Shown piece by piece: positions 47,096 to 56,358 of a stretch of DNA of 64,000 bases. The DNA is taken from the IMG/VR virus record IMGVR_UViG_3300032227_000993. One strand, given 5' to 3'. The notes under the pieces were generated by a model, which saw nothing but the letters and a program-made list of their open reading frames with translations, made no database searches and was not told the origin of the DNA. The stretch is from a virus (lineage: Duplodnaviria; Caudoviricetes). The translations under genes and the position numbers were made by a program. Numbering within the stretch: position 1 is the first letter of the stretch; every line of letters starts with the position of its first letter.

Positions 47096-47898
47096 TTATT
47101 GGACATTGTCAAGCTCAGCGTAATGTCTAGATATGATTTCGTAAAACCGCTTGGTAAAGACCACACCGTCTGACCTAATGCCTAAATAGCCATGCGGCCG
47201 TCTGCGACCCGAACTATCCGACCGACAGATACCGGATTTTCTGCGTGGAGTCCGGCCTGCCCGATACAGCTCAATGGTTTCGGCCATTTCTTCAGCAATT
47301 GATAGCCAATCCTCCTGTAATTGTGTAGCCCAGGCTGGATCATCTGCCTCAAACACAAACACGCTGTCTATCTGATTGCCCAGCTGTCGACTTACCTTGC
47401 GATAACTGGCTATTATTGCTTGCTGTACCTTGTGATAAAACCGGCTAGCCCGGTAGTCCCGAACAATGTCATAATCACCTAGGGATTTATCACGTGCAGC
47501 AAAGATAGCTCCTACAGTCAATACCTGCGCCAGCCGATGATCAGCCACTGTTTCAATCAGCTTTAGATCGCCATAACGGAAATCCGGCTCACTTAGGCCA
47601 TTAAATGATCCATTTAAGACCGTTTCCAGCATACGCCCACGGAAATGGGTATCTGACTCACCCAGATGCCACTCGGGATGTTCGCTTACAAGAGCATCAA
47701 AGATGGTAAAACCCTGATCAATAAACAAGGCTCGTAGCACATCTCTAGCTTGATGTGCTGCAGCCAGGCTGGCATCTGCAGGATCGGGAATGGTCAAAGA
47801 ATCTTTCGCACTAAAATAGCTGGCTTTTCTAGCACGTGAGGATTCAATTAGTCCTAGCATGGTTTGATAATCATCTGCGGGTATTTTTGCTTGTGCCA
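47096..47898 (-). CDS. MutH/Sau3AI-family endonuclease
   Basis: LNGSFNGLSEPDF..GDLK, S.FY.K, L.EDW..I; start MAQAK 8 nt after the -10 of promoter 47907-47934. Confidence 0.6.
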
Positions 47899-48182
47899 TA
47901 ACAGTTATTGTAACACAAGACAGCACAAAGTCAACCTGTACCGGACCAACGCAGTGCAAACAACACAGCAGTGGCCCGATCCGGAAAACTGTATCTAACA
48001 TAGGGCCGCTGATCCTGCTCAAAAGACTCGTGTTGATATGTGACATGATTGGCAGATAACCACCCAACAATGGAAATAAATCCACGCGATAAAGGCAATT
48101 CAACTGAATAAGGATACGGATCGGTCACAGCACTTTCCTAAAAACAACAAGCCGTCAAGGCCTGCAACGATGATGTGGCCTG

Positions 48183-48368
48183 TTAAGAATACCCGAGCGC
48201 ACACCATGTAGCTACAGCGGGATCATCTATTTCAAACGCCATGAATCCGGTATCTGCTAGAGACTCAGGGTGATAAACACGCGATGAGCAGAACTCAGTG
48301 CCTGTACGCTGTAAGTATGACCATAACTGATATGACTGGTCACCACGAAGAACGACGACAGCGGGCAC
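48183..48368 (+). CDS. ORF-track call of uncertain reality
   Basis: 61 aa; lies against the local minus-strand trend. Confidence 0.3.
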
Positions 48369-48520
48369 GGTGAGAATTACAGGTTGAACACTCTAGTGAC
48401 AGCTACGCAGACAGCTACTGTAGCAAGCCCTGCGGCAACGCTGACCGCAATACCTGCGATAACGTCTAGGGTTGATAACTTTAATAACATAATGACTCCT
48501 TTTTAATAGTTCGTGTAGCT

Positions 48521-48549
48521 ATTGTACAGGATAAGTGGATTCTAGTCAA
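48521..48549 (-). promoter_or_regulatory. sigma70-type promoter TTGACT-17-TACAAT
   Basis: Read from the sequence; drives a 37-aa hydrophobic ORF with AAGGAG RBS. Confidence 0.65.
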
Positions 48550-48961
48550 CCGTTGGATAACATAACCGCCCGGACGGGGCTAAAAGGTTCAAAAAGGGTA
48601 GAGCCGGCCCTGTGCACACGTCGGAGCCTGTGTAGAAATGGTTGGATCCATTTTGGGTCTTGGCCGAGGAGCAGAATCAGTTCAAAACCTGGGGTTCTCT
48701 GGCGTGATCTGTTTGAAAACGCTGTGCATATCGCCTTCTTCTCTACATCACCTTAAAAACACTCGTTTTAACACCTTGTACTACCGTATCCTACACTAAC
48801 CACCCAGAACCGTTGTCACAATCCCCGGATAGTGTCCGACTGTATTACCCACTATCTCAACACTGCAGGGGAACCGTAAGGACTGTGGGACGGCTCTTAA
48901 ACCGCCGCTACAGCCCCGGCCCGGAATCGCTCAACTTCTTGCATGCAGTAAAACCGTGATA

Positions 48962-49171
48962 TTAACCGCAGGTAACTGTACGGCCCTGTTGGATACAACG
49001 CTGTCCTTTATCATTTGTAACCCATACCGGAGCACGATAGGGTTCTCTCGGTGGTTGCTGTGCAGGTACCGAATCCTGGGTAACCTTACCAGCTGTGAGA
49101 TCCTGCGTCGTCACTACCGCAAGAGTGCCTATGGCTATCACTACCACGATGACTTGTACGAGCTGTTTCAT
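48962..49171 (-). CDS. small secreted or membrane hypothetical protein
   Basis: Hydrophobic N-terminus. Confidence 0.55.
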   Translation of the reverse strand: MKQLVQVIVVVIAIGTLAVVTTQDLTAGKVTQDSVPAQQPPREPYRAPVWVTNDKGQRCIQQGRTVTCG

Positions 49172-49329
49172 CTGTATGCCTCTTCCTTGTACACGTGATA
49201 TGCTGTTAATGCACTCTGTGGATATGCCAGGGGTTGCTGCTCAATATCTTCTACCAGCTCACCCAGGTTACGAAACCCTAAGAATTCTACTTCTTTTACT
49301 AGTACTCGGATTGCGGTTTCAAGTTTCAT
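49168..49329 (-). CDS. hypothetical protein not in the ORF track (MKLETAIRVLVKE...)
   Basis: 53 aa, overlap-coupled on both sides. Confidence 0.6.
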   Translation of the reverse strand: MKLETAIRVLVKEVEFLGFRNLGELVEDIEQQPLAYPQSALTAYHVYKEEAYR

Positions 49330-49541
49330 ACCAACTCCGGGTAACAAGTGTTAAGGATAATATCGCGGACACGTTCACGATCTACCGAATCTCCGCAGAA
49401 TTCTTGACCGGGATAGTTGTCTTCTAAACGTGTCTTGTACAGCTGAGTGGCCAGGTTGATTTGTTCTGCGGTAAAACCGTAGGGGTAAATCGCATCCGGG
49501 CCGGAGCCATAAAAGCTCAACAAGTAACTGGTAAAGTTCAT
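49326..49541 (-). CDS. hypothetical early protein
   Basis: GGAG RBS, TAATG coupling. Confidence 0.65.
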   Translation of the reverse strand: MNFTSYLLSFYGSGPDAIYPYGFTAEQINLATQLYKTRLEDNYPGQEFCGDSVDRERVRDIILNTCYPELV

Positions 49542-49708
49542 TATACCAACTCCTGTTGATCCAATTGATCCGTTATGCTGTCGGCCATACGGCCCAGATC
49601 CCGGACATCGCGGCCGCTTAAGAACGTAGAGCTACCTTTCGTAATCTCCGCATCGATCGCGGCCCGTAACAAGCGGGCCTGCTGGGGTGTTAGTTCTAGT
49701 AGAATCAT
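49541..49708 (-). CDS. hypothetical early protein not in the ORF track (MILLELTPQQARLL...)
   Basis: 55 aa, AGGAG RBS, first gene after cassette copy 3. Confidence 0.6.
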   Translation of the reverse strand: MILLELTPQQARLLRAAIDAEITKGSSTFLSGRDVRDLGRMADSITDQLDQQELV

Positions 49709-49727
49709 TGTATTGCTCCTGTGTTTT

Positions 49728-49770
49728 AACTATGCTGCTAGTTTAACAGGGCCGGAATTGTAGGTCAACC
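49728..49770 (-). promoter_or_regulatory. early promoter cassette copy 3
   Basis: GGTTGACC-17-TAAACT-AGCAGCATAG. Confidence 0.75.
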
Positions 49771-49871
49771 GGGGCGCTAAGTGCTTGTTTTTAAAGGGTT
49801 TATTTGTGTGCTGGCCGTGTAGTACAGGGTGTCTAGGCGGCCTACACAGTGCACAGGCTATGCTCCTTATG

Positions 49872-49900
49872 AGTATAACATACGTAAAGGTTAAAGTCAA
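49872..49900 (-). promoter_or_regulatory. sigma70-type promoter TTGACT-17-TATACT
   Basis: Tandem promoter in a non-coding region. Confidence 0.65.
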
Positions 49901-49960
49901 GCGGGCAATCTAGCCTTACGAGCCCGTCGGAGTAGGGCTGTGCACAGGGTAAAACTCTAC

Positions 49961-49989
49961 AGTATAGCAGGTTATTATTTGTTTGTCAA
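49961..49989 (-). promoter_or_regulatory. sigma70-type promoter TTGACA-17-TATACT
   Basis: Tandem promoter in a non-coding region. Confidence 0.7.
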
Positions 49990-50300
49990 CCGGGCTGGGG
50001 CTCCGTTTGTGGACTATTCGGCCGGGTAGATCGGGTGGTAGGCCTGAGGGTAGGGGTCTAAATACTTCGGGGGGGGTAGGTCTAAAGGTAGTTACATACC
50101 CCGTAGTTTAGTGTAGGGGCGTCGGCCGATGAAATCGTTTAACCCAACCTTTTCCGCACTATTAAAACTACCCCTGGTTCACAAAAACCCCCAAAATCAA
50201 AAATTTTTTTGCGCAATTTTTTCTCTATTGTGTGCATATAGAGGGGTCGTGTAGCTACAGCGTATTTTAGGGTCGGGCGAGAACGATAGACGACTGAGTG
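49990..50300. other. non-coding segment with a G8 run, phased A/T tracts and palindromes; candidate terminus/pac site or origin
   Basis: G8 at 50069-50076; A/T tracts at 50183-50222. Confidence 0.35.
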
Positions 50301-50304
50301 AGTC

Positions 50305-50499
50305 TTAGCGTTGATGCCCAGCTTCAGGCGGCAGTTGTAAAATGTCTAGGATTGTAGCATACTCATAGCCCTGTGGATCATACTGTGTACGATAAGTCCT
50401 GTACAAGGGTCTACGGTAAATTCTACACAACCATACACGTTGACCTGTACGAGTCAACTCAACAGGGCGCCACGCAAACCAGGCCTGCCAGCTATGCAA
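50305..50499 (-). CDS. hypothetical protein
   Basis: W..WFAWRPV.....VWL..I.R pattern. Confidence 0.6.
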   Translation of the reverse strand: MHSWQAWFAWRPVELTRTGQRVWLCRIYRRPLYRTYRTQYDPQGYEYATILDILQLPPEAGHQR

Positions 50500-50812
50500 C
50501 CAGCACTTCCTTCAACAGGCTGTGTACGTCTGCTCGTACTGCTTGATCCGTGGCCCCACAGGCTATGACCCTGGTCACGCACCTGTCACGTTCAAACCAG
50601 TTAGTACCCTGTCCTTGATACACCTGTATCACTGTGCTGTCGTCGTAACGCAGCAAGTCCACGGTTGTTGTCTCATTCAGGTGTAGTGTAGTGCGCTCAT
50701 CCTGCCCTGCATACTCTAAGGTCTGCCACTGCTGGCGTAGCATCAACAACAACCACTCGGGTTCACCGTAGTAGTCTTGTATGGCCTGTCGAATTGGTTC
50801 CCATGAATTCAT
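50492..50812 (-). CDS. hypothetical protein
   Basis: Coupled ORF. Confidence 0.55.
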   Translation of the reverse strand: MNSWEPIRQAIQDYYGEPEWLLLMLRQQWQTLEYAGQDERTTLHLNETTTVDLLRYDDSTVIQVYQGQGTNWFERDRCVTRVIACGATDQAVRADVHSLLKEVLVA

Positions 50813-51129
50813 GCTATCAATCCTTTGAGTGCCGCTACAGTAAGATGCTGTTCAATGCCCGTTAGTATTAAAGTATTGCCACTCGCTGTAATATGACGCC
50901 CTGTGACGATTCTAGTTTCACCCATGTGTACATAGGTGTTGCGGTATTCGATGCGAATCTTTTTGGGTGTAATCCGAATCACTCGCCCTATGGTCACACC
51001 TGTTGCCCGGCTCCATGTAAATGCCACTATGTGGTCTAGTTTAACTTCACGGCCCAGTCGATCCAAATGTTGCGTCATCGCTGCGGCCCCTTGAGGGTGA
51101 GTGTTGTTAGGAATAAGGGCAAGACTCAT
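50809..51129 (-). CDS. hypothetical protein (SH3-like)
   Basis: D.LGREV...VAF.......IG.V..ITPK.I.I. Confidence 0.55.
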   Translation of the reverse strand: MSLALIPNNTHPQGAAAMTQHLDRLGREVKLDHIVAFTWSRATGVTIGRVIRITPKKIRIEYRNTYVHMGETRIVTGRHITASGNTLILTGIEQHLTVAALKGLIA

Positions 51130-51137
51130 ACCGGCCC

Positions 51138-51545
51138 TTATTCAATATGCCATAAATGCTCTGGCAAGTCTACCACATTATCGTAGGTGTTTAAATGGTC
51201 GCCGTTGATCTTGGTAACTACTGAGTGGCAGTTGCCGCACAAGCATTCCAAATTGCTCACCGCGTTGTTTTTCTTGTTGCCGTCTCTGTGATGTATATCT
51301 AGCTGTACAGGGTCGATAATGGTGGCAGTGCAAAACCAGCCATATCGCCCATCCACGTTGGCGCAACCTTGATCCATTTTCCAATCATCAACCACGGCTT
51401 TTTTACTAGTACGATGTGCGTTGCAGAATCGTTTCCATTTGAAGCCCACAGTACCGTTTACCTTGCGATATTTTTCATGATAGTCTACTCGACTGGTACA
51501 CCCTGGGTATGCACAACAGGGCGCATACGTGCTGTAGATAGCCAT
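51138..51545 (-). CDS. HNH endonuclease with Zn-binding cysteines
   Basis: LDIHHRDGNKKNN..SNLECLCGNCH. Confidence 0.85.
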   Translation of the reverse strand: MAIYSTYAPCCAYPGCTSRVDYHEKYRKVNGTVGFKWKRFCNAHRTSKKAVVDDWKMDQGCANVDGRYGWFCTATIIDPVQLDIHHRDGNKKNNAVSNLECLCGNCHSVVTKINGDHLNTYDNVVDLPEHLWHIE

Positions 51546-51575
51546 TACATCTGCTCCTTTTGGTTAGAGATCCGA

Positions 51576-51986
51576 TTACTCACCATCGTATGACAAATCA
51601 GCGTGAGCCCGATTCCAAGCGTCGCGTACCTTTTTAGCTTCACGTGCTGTCATGGGTTCACTTACTTCTACTTGCGCACCTGTGAGTTGGCGTATGGCTT
51701 CTGTAGGCACTCGAACTACCACAGTCTTTTTAGCCTTAAACGGGTTACCGTCTTTAGCCTTAGACACCAACACAGCCACAATCTCAGCGTCGTTAGATTC
51801 AAAGTCAGTGGCCAACAGTTGCTTGGCCGCTTCGCTTTTGGTTGCTACCGGGCTGATTGACACAATCTTAACATCTGCGTCAGTGCGGGCCAGTTGATGT
51901 ACACGACCTTCTGTGGTTGCTGTACGAAACTTCAGCTCACCGTTCAAGCGACTAACACCTGCGTATGTGATCATATCTTTACTCAT
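51576..51986 (-). CDS. hypothetical early protein, paralog of 18230..18562
   Basis: Shared N-terminal domain pattern. Confidence 0.65.
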   Translation of the reverse strand: MSKDMITYAGVSRLNGELKFRTATTEGRVHQLARTDADVKIVSISPVATKSEAAKQLLATDFESNDAEIVAVLVSKAKDGNPFKAKKTVVVRVPTEAIRQLTGAQVEVSEPMTAREAKKVRDAWNRAHADLSYDGE

Positions 51987-52017
51987 TTACTGCTCCTTTT
52001 GTGTTGTTTAAAATTTG

Positions 52018-52060
52018 TACTATGCTGCTAGTTTAACAGCGATTGATTTAATGGTCAACC
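52018..52060 (-). promoter_or_regulatory. early promoter cassette copy 4
   Basis: GGTTGACC-17-TAAACT-AGCAGCATAG. Confidence 0.75.
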
Positions 52061-52062
52061 TA

Positions 52063-52404
52063 TTACAGACCGTACTGTTTGATGTAACTACGGCAGTTGC
52101 GTTCTGCGTTGGAAACTTCGTTGAAACTGCCGGGTTCGTTACGGTTAATACGAGCAGTATTATCTTTCATCAGGGCTATGGCCTGTTGGCTGGCTTGTGG
52201 GTTGTATTTTAGGGCCGCCTGCATAATGCGCATGGCATGATTTTTTAAGTTTTCTTTGGCACCAGGATCTGTAGCATAGGCCTGTAATGTACCATAAACA
52301 CCGGCGCATACTGTGAGTCCTTCGCCTGGGGGCATATTGGCCTGTGCTAGGCCTGAGCCAGTGATACCAATTGCCACTAATAATGCACGTGTTGTTCGAT
52401 TCAT
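52063..52404 (-). CDS. secreted hypothetical protein
   Basis: Signal peptide MNRTTRALLVAIGITGSGLAQA; Cys pair. Confidence 0.7.
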   Translation of the reverse strand: MNRTTRALLVAIGITGSGLAQANMPPGEGLTVCAGVYGTLQAYATDPGAKENLKNHAMRIMQAALKYNPQASQQAIALMKDNTARINRNEPGSFNEVSNAERNCRSYIKQYGL

Positions 52405-52434
52405 TTTGTATTCCTTTGTTTGGTTTAAATTTGT

Positions 52435-52477
52435 TACTATGCTGCTAGTTTAAGAGAAACCAAATAAAAGGTCAACC
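52435..52477 (-). promoter_or_regulatory. early promoter cassette copy 5
   Basis: GGTTGACC-17-TAAACT-AGCAGCATAG. Confidence 0.75.
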
Positions 52478-52491
52478 TGGCCCGTTTTACA

Positions 52492-52513
52492 GGTGTTGTA
52501 AAAAGACAACACC
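52492..52513. promoter_or_regulatory. palindromic operator-like site GGTGTTGT-N6-ACAACACC
   Basis: Related sites at 19631-19648 and 43971-43988, each upstream of a promoter cassette. Confidence 0.5.
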
Positions 52514-52536
52514 TGGGTTCAGCGTGTAAATACAGG

Positions 52537-53658
52537 ATGAAATGCAAATTCCTACAGAACGGTATTGCTATAGGATATGATCACATAGTCAAACCCTGTT
52601 GTACCTGGCTTGTTACTCCCGAATACGCTGAAACAAATCACCTGAGTCGGGTTGATCTTAGTACCTGGCACGACAGTCCGGCCCTGGTTGATGCTAGACA
52701 TCAGTTGGCGCAAGATCAATGGCCTGCGGCCTGTGCCAACTGTGAGCGAGTTGAATCGCAAGGTAGACAGGACAGTATTCGCGGTGGCGGAGCCAGTGCC
52801 TACGGTCATTATGATCAGCAGGACATTACCTTAGAGATAAGACCTGGTAATGTGTGTAACTTTGCTTGTCAAACCTGTTGGCCAGCGGCCAGTACTAGAG
52901 TAGCCGAATACCACGGCCGTGCTGGCTTGATTGATATCAAGTCAGTGGATAGTACAAGCCTTGATGACTACGATTTTTTACTACCCATTGCTGATCGTAT
53001 CCGCGATGTGGTTGTGCTGGGTGGCGAGCCCTTTTACGATCGATCGTGCCGTAAGTTTTTGGCCTGGGCACAGGAGAACTTGACTGCCAACCTGTTGATT
53101 TTTACCAATGGGTCCGCGGTTGACTTTGAGTTCTTGGCCAACTATCGCGGTGTAGTAACTTTGGTGTTTAGTTTAGATGCTGTGGGCCGCCCAGCTGAAT
53201 ACATACGTTACGGTACTGAGTGGGACAAGGTCAAGTCCAACTATCTTCGTGCTAGAACTTTACCCAATGTTCGTGTCAGAGTCAACATCACTGTATCGGT
53301 CTACAACTACCTGTACCTGGAAGAACTTGTGAACTTCTTAACTCCGGACTGGCCCAGTGTAGTCACGTTTGGTACTGCTTACCAACCTTACTTGAAAGAA
53401 GTATCAGTACCCGATGTTGCAAGGCCTGCCATTGTCAACAGCTTGACTAGAACCGTGGAACACCTTAGGCTGGCCGATATCGAGTCTGGTCAAAAATCCA
53501 ATGCTGTCAATGCTGTTACTGCCACTATTAATAACTTGCTTGACTTGCCGCACGACCCTGACGCATTGTGTCAGCTGACCAGTTTTGTTCACAGTATGGA
53601 TCAAGTCAAACACATTAGCATACTGGACTACTGCCCCGAATTAACTTTTATCAAGTAA
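52537..53658 (+). CDS. radical SAM protein with N-terminal Cys-rich (SPASM/twitch-like) region
   Basis: GNVCNFACQTC (CxxxCxxC), LGGEPF, TNG, SLD. Confidence 0.88.
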   Translation: MKCKFLQNGIAIGYDHIVKPCCTWLVTPEYAETNHLSRVDLSTWHDSPALVDARHQLAQDQWPAACANCERVESQGRQDSIRGGGASAYGHYDQQDITLEIRPGNVCNFACQTCWPAASTRVAEYHGRAGLIDIKSVDSTSLDDYDFLLPIADRIRDVVVLGGEPFYDRSCRKFLAWAQENLTANLLIFTNGSAVDFEFLANYRGVVTLVFSLDAVGRPAEYIRYGTEWDKVKSNYLRARTLPNVRVRVNITVSVYNYLYLEELVNFLTPDWPSVVTFGTAYQPYLKEVSVPDVARPAIVNSLTRTVEHLRLADIESGQKSNAVNAVTATINNLLDLPHDPDALCQLTSFVHSMDQVKHISILDYCPELTFIK

Positions 53659-54801
53659 AAAGTCAACCAAGTTGCTCATGTAGTTGCCGGTATTTTTCTT
53701 AGCACTGATCAACCTGGACAAGTCAGGCTCGGTACGATTGATCAACGCTACACTAAACTCACTATCAAACATCTGCCGGCTGACCGCTTGTTTATCTAAT
53801 CTCAGCATGGTTTTGGTTATGGCCAAGTCTCGTAACGGAGTGTAGGTTAAGGTATGCCCCAAGTGCCAGTGTTGCCAATCGTTAACAATGGTATTGCAAA
53901 TGCTGTGTATTAATTGACCGTGATCGGCAATGGGTTCTTCTTGAGTAGCAAATACATCCAGGTAGCGTCGAAAGTATTCTGAATGCAAACAGTCAGACGA
54001 CTGTAATACTGCCAAGATGTCGATATCATTGGCCCTGGCATAACGCTGGATAGTTGTGGGGCTGCGCAACATAAACTCGTCGCCTGGAGCTCCTGAAGTC
54101 AACACACAAGCATCCGTCCAGTGATGTAATTGTCTATATGCCCAGTAGTTTTTTTGTACGGTACTAAAGTTCATCAACCAAAAACGATCGTAATCCATAT
54201 GCTGGCATTTAATCAACTCAACTGGCGCATTTAATCTACGGAAATAACTGTACACTAACAAACTATCAACACCTCCGGACAAGTGTACACGAACTGGTGC
54301 TGTGTTGTGCTTGACAAAACATCTAGTACGATCAAGCAAAATACTATCTACTGTGTCCAAGGCATCTGCCCAAGACATAATGCTGGTATCGATCTCACCG
54401 ATCACATCAAACTTATCTTCGGTCGTATGGTAGTTAGCATCCGCTCGAATTAAACTGTCGGTCCAGGCAGTACGCCCGCCGGGTACTAGATTGGTTATTT
54501 CACCGTCTTTGATGTAGATGGGAAAGGATCTGTAGCGGTCACTTTTGATGTTTAGTGTATTGGTCTGTGTATCTACTACAATGGCACAGAAGTTGCCCAA
54601 CAGCTTGGGTTCGTGTTGGGTGACAATTTGATCTAGTAATGTATCCAGCGGACCTGAATCAGCGTAGCCTTTGTAGACCACTTGGTACTGGCCCAAGACC
54701 CGTTGCTGCCAGCCTTCGTCGGTGCTGACAGTAAAACTAGGACTCAGCTGATAAGTCTTACTAAAGTTATCGTGTGGCCCAGATGATATAGCAAAAAACA
54801 T
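53641..54801 (-). CDS. asparagine-synthase-like ATP pyrophosphatase (amidoligase)
   Basis: HLSGGVDS PP-loop, SGAPGDEF, TPLRD. Confidence 0.7.
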   Translation of the reverse strand: MFFAISSGPHDNFSKTYQLSPSFTVSTDEGWQQRVLGQYQVVYKGYADSGPLDTLLDQIVTQHEPKLLGNFCAIVVDTQTNTLNIKSDRYRSFPIYIKDGEITNLVPGGRTAWTDSLIRADANYHTTEDKFDVIGEIDTSIMSWADALDTVDSILLDRTRCFVKHNTAPVRVHLSGGVDSLLVYSYFRRLNAPVELIKCQHMDYDRFWLMNFSTVQKNYWAYRQLHHWTDACVLTSGAPGDEFMLRSPTTIQRYARANDIDILAVLQSSDCLHSEYFRRYLDVFATQEEPIADHGQLIHSICNTIVNDWQHWHLGHTLTYTPLRDLAITKTMLRLDKQAVSRQMFDSEFSVALINRTEPDLSRLISAKKNTGNYMSNLVDFLLDKS

Positions 54802-55088
54802 CAGTCAACAACAGCAAGGACTTCGTCGGCATCCAGCACTAGATACTCAACTCCTGATACCGTGACCTTGAGACCCGAGCCGGGAGCAAACAATACTCGC
54901 TCGTTGACTTTGATATCAATGGGCACAATGCTACCATCCTTGGCAGCCTGTCCTGGTCCTACAGCCACAATGGTGCCGCGGTTCACTTGCTCGGCACCGG
55001 AGTCAGGAATGTAAAACCCTGCTGAAGTGTAGGTTTCAACAGGATCGCAATCAACAAGTACACGATTGTGCATGGGTCTAAAGTTCAT
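54801..55088 (-). CDS. groES: co-chaperonin GroES
   Basis: RPMHNRVLV, T.AG.YIPD, G.IVAVGPG, V...VL.....G.KV. Confidence 0.9.
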   Translation of the reverse strand: MNFRPMHNRVLVDCDPVETYTSAGFYIPDSGAEQVNRGTIVAVGPGQAAKDGSIVPIDIKVNERVLFAPGSGLKVTVSGVEYLVLDADEVLAVVD

Positions 55089-55090
55089 GG

Positions 55091-55684
55091 TTAAACTCGC
55101 TTGCTAACAATCTTATCAGCTAGGCCATAGGCCACAGCTTCTTCGGCACTCATAAAGAAATCACGTTCCATATCAGCACTCAGCTCTTCGAATGTTTTAC
55201 CCGCAGAGTTATGATCTACATAAATCTGGGTAAGATAGCGTTTGGTCTTTAAGATCTCTTGTGCCTGTATCTGTATGTCTGTGGCTTGCCCTCTAGCACC
55301 ACCCGATGGTTGATGTATCATGTGACGAGCCTTGGGCAGGATCAGTCGCTTGCCCGGAGTACCTGCCTGTGCCAAACAACTACCCATGCTACAGGCCTGG
55401 CCCATGACAATGGTGCTGACATCGCACTTGATAAACTGCATGGTATCGTAGATGGCCATACCTGCTGTGACTACACCACCCGGTGAGTTGATGTAAAACA
55501 GGATATCGCGATCTGGATCTTCTGCTTCTAAGTAAAGTAACTGTGCCACCAACAAACTGGCAGTATGTTCGTTGACATCGGTATCCAACATCACAATACG
55601 GTCCTTCATCAAGCGACTGTAAATGTCGTAACTTCTTTCGCCCTTTGCGGTTTGCTCAACCACCATAGGTATTAAACTTGGCAT
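55091..55684 (-). CDS. clpP: ATP-dependent Clp protease proteolytic subunit
   Basis: [53 protein letters not shown]. Confidence 0.96.
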   Translation of the reverse strand: MPSLIPMVVEQTAKGERSYDIYSRLMKDRIVMLDTDVNEHTASLLVAQLLYLEAEDPDRDILFYINSPGGVVTAGMAIYDTMQFIKCDVSTIVMGQACSMGSCLAQAGTPGKRLILPKARHMIHQPSGGARGQATDIQIQAQEILKTKRYLTQIYVDHNSAGKTFEELSADMERDFFMSAEEAVAYGLADKIVSKRV

Positions 55685-55712
55685 ATCAATCCTTTATTGT
55701 TGTTTAGTGTAT

Positions 55713-55741
55713 AGTATAGCAGGAGTGTTGACTATTGTCAA
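55713..55741 (-). promoter_or_regulatory. sigma70-type promoter TTGACA-17-TATACT
   Basis: Upstream of clpP-groES. Confidence 0.7.
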
Positions 55742-55750
55742 CGGTTTTGA

Positions 55751-56326
55751 TTACTTCTTTAAATCTGAAATGTAGTCGCAAATACCTAGTTTGAGTGCTT
55801 CGTCGGCTGATAGGTAAATGTCTGATGCTGGTAACAGTTTGGTCAAGATGGTTTCTTCTGACAAGCCAGTCGCTGCTTTGTAATGCTCCAACATACGCTG
55901 TTGGATAAGACTATGTTCTTTGGCAATGGCAAATAATTCGTGATGCTTGCCTTCGTGATAGTTTGAATATTGATGACTTAGGATACTAGTGTTGGGTGTA
56001 AGCACTCTACGTCCTTTGTGCCCTGCCAAAAAGATCAACAGTCCCGAACTGGCGATACAACCCAAGCCCACAGTTTTAACAGGAATTGCGCTGGAGTTTA
56101 TTACATCGATAAGAGCAAAGGCATCTTCTACACTACCACCTTCGCTACAGATCATTAGTAGCAGTTCTTTTTTCTTCTTTTTGGCCACATGATTTTCTAC
56201 CAAAACCCACTCAATGATGGGCTTGACAGTTTCATCAGTAACTTCGCCCATAAAGACGTAGATACCTGCTTCTTGTAACAAGCGCGATGGGTCTTTTTCT
56301 GAATTATCGTTGTCGAGTACGGCCAT
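55751..56326 (-). CDS. second, divergent ClpP-like protease subunit
   Basis: CSEGGSV, GLGCIASSG, ILSHQ, YLSADEALKLGICD. Confidence 0.85.
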   Translation of the reverse strand: MAVLDNDNSEKDPSRLLQEAGIYVFMGEVTDETVKPIIEWVLVENHVAKKKKKELLLMICSEGGSVEDAFALIDVINSSAIPVKTVGLGCIASSGLLIFLAGHKGRRVLTPNTSILSHQYSNYHEGKHHELFAIAKEHSLIQQRMLEHYKAATGLSEETILTKLLPASDIYLSADEALKLGICDYISDLKK

Positions 56327-56358
56327 GATCTAATATTTATCTACGCATATTATGAGTT

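Noticed and set aside
47899-48103. N-terminal 68 aa of the ORF-track call 47096..48103 and overlapping small calls
   Set aside because: A sigma70 promoter lies inside this segment (47907-47934), so the real start is probably MAQAK at 47898.
48655-48705. tRNA-like T-loop (CAGTTCAAAACCTGG)
   Set aside because: The T-stem does not pair and no acceptor, D or anticodon arms can be built; no tRNA was recognised in the window.
19541-52477. Repeated AGCAGCATAG motif as CRISPR repeats or mobile-element ends
   Set aside because: The copies are kilobases apart, embedded in -35/-10 promoters, with no regular spacers, cas genes or transposase.
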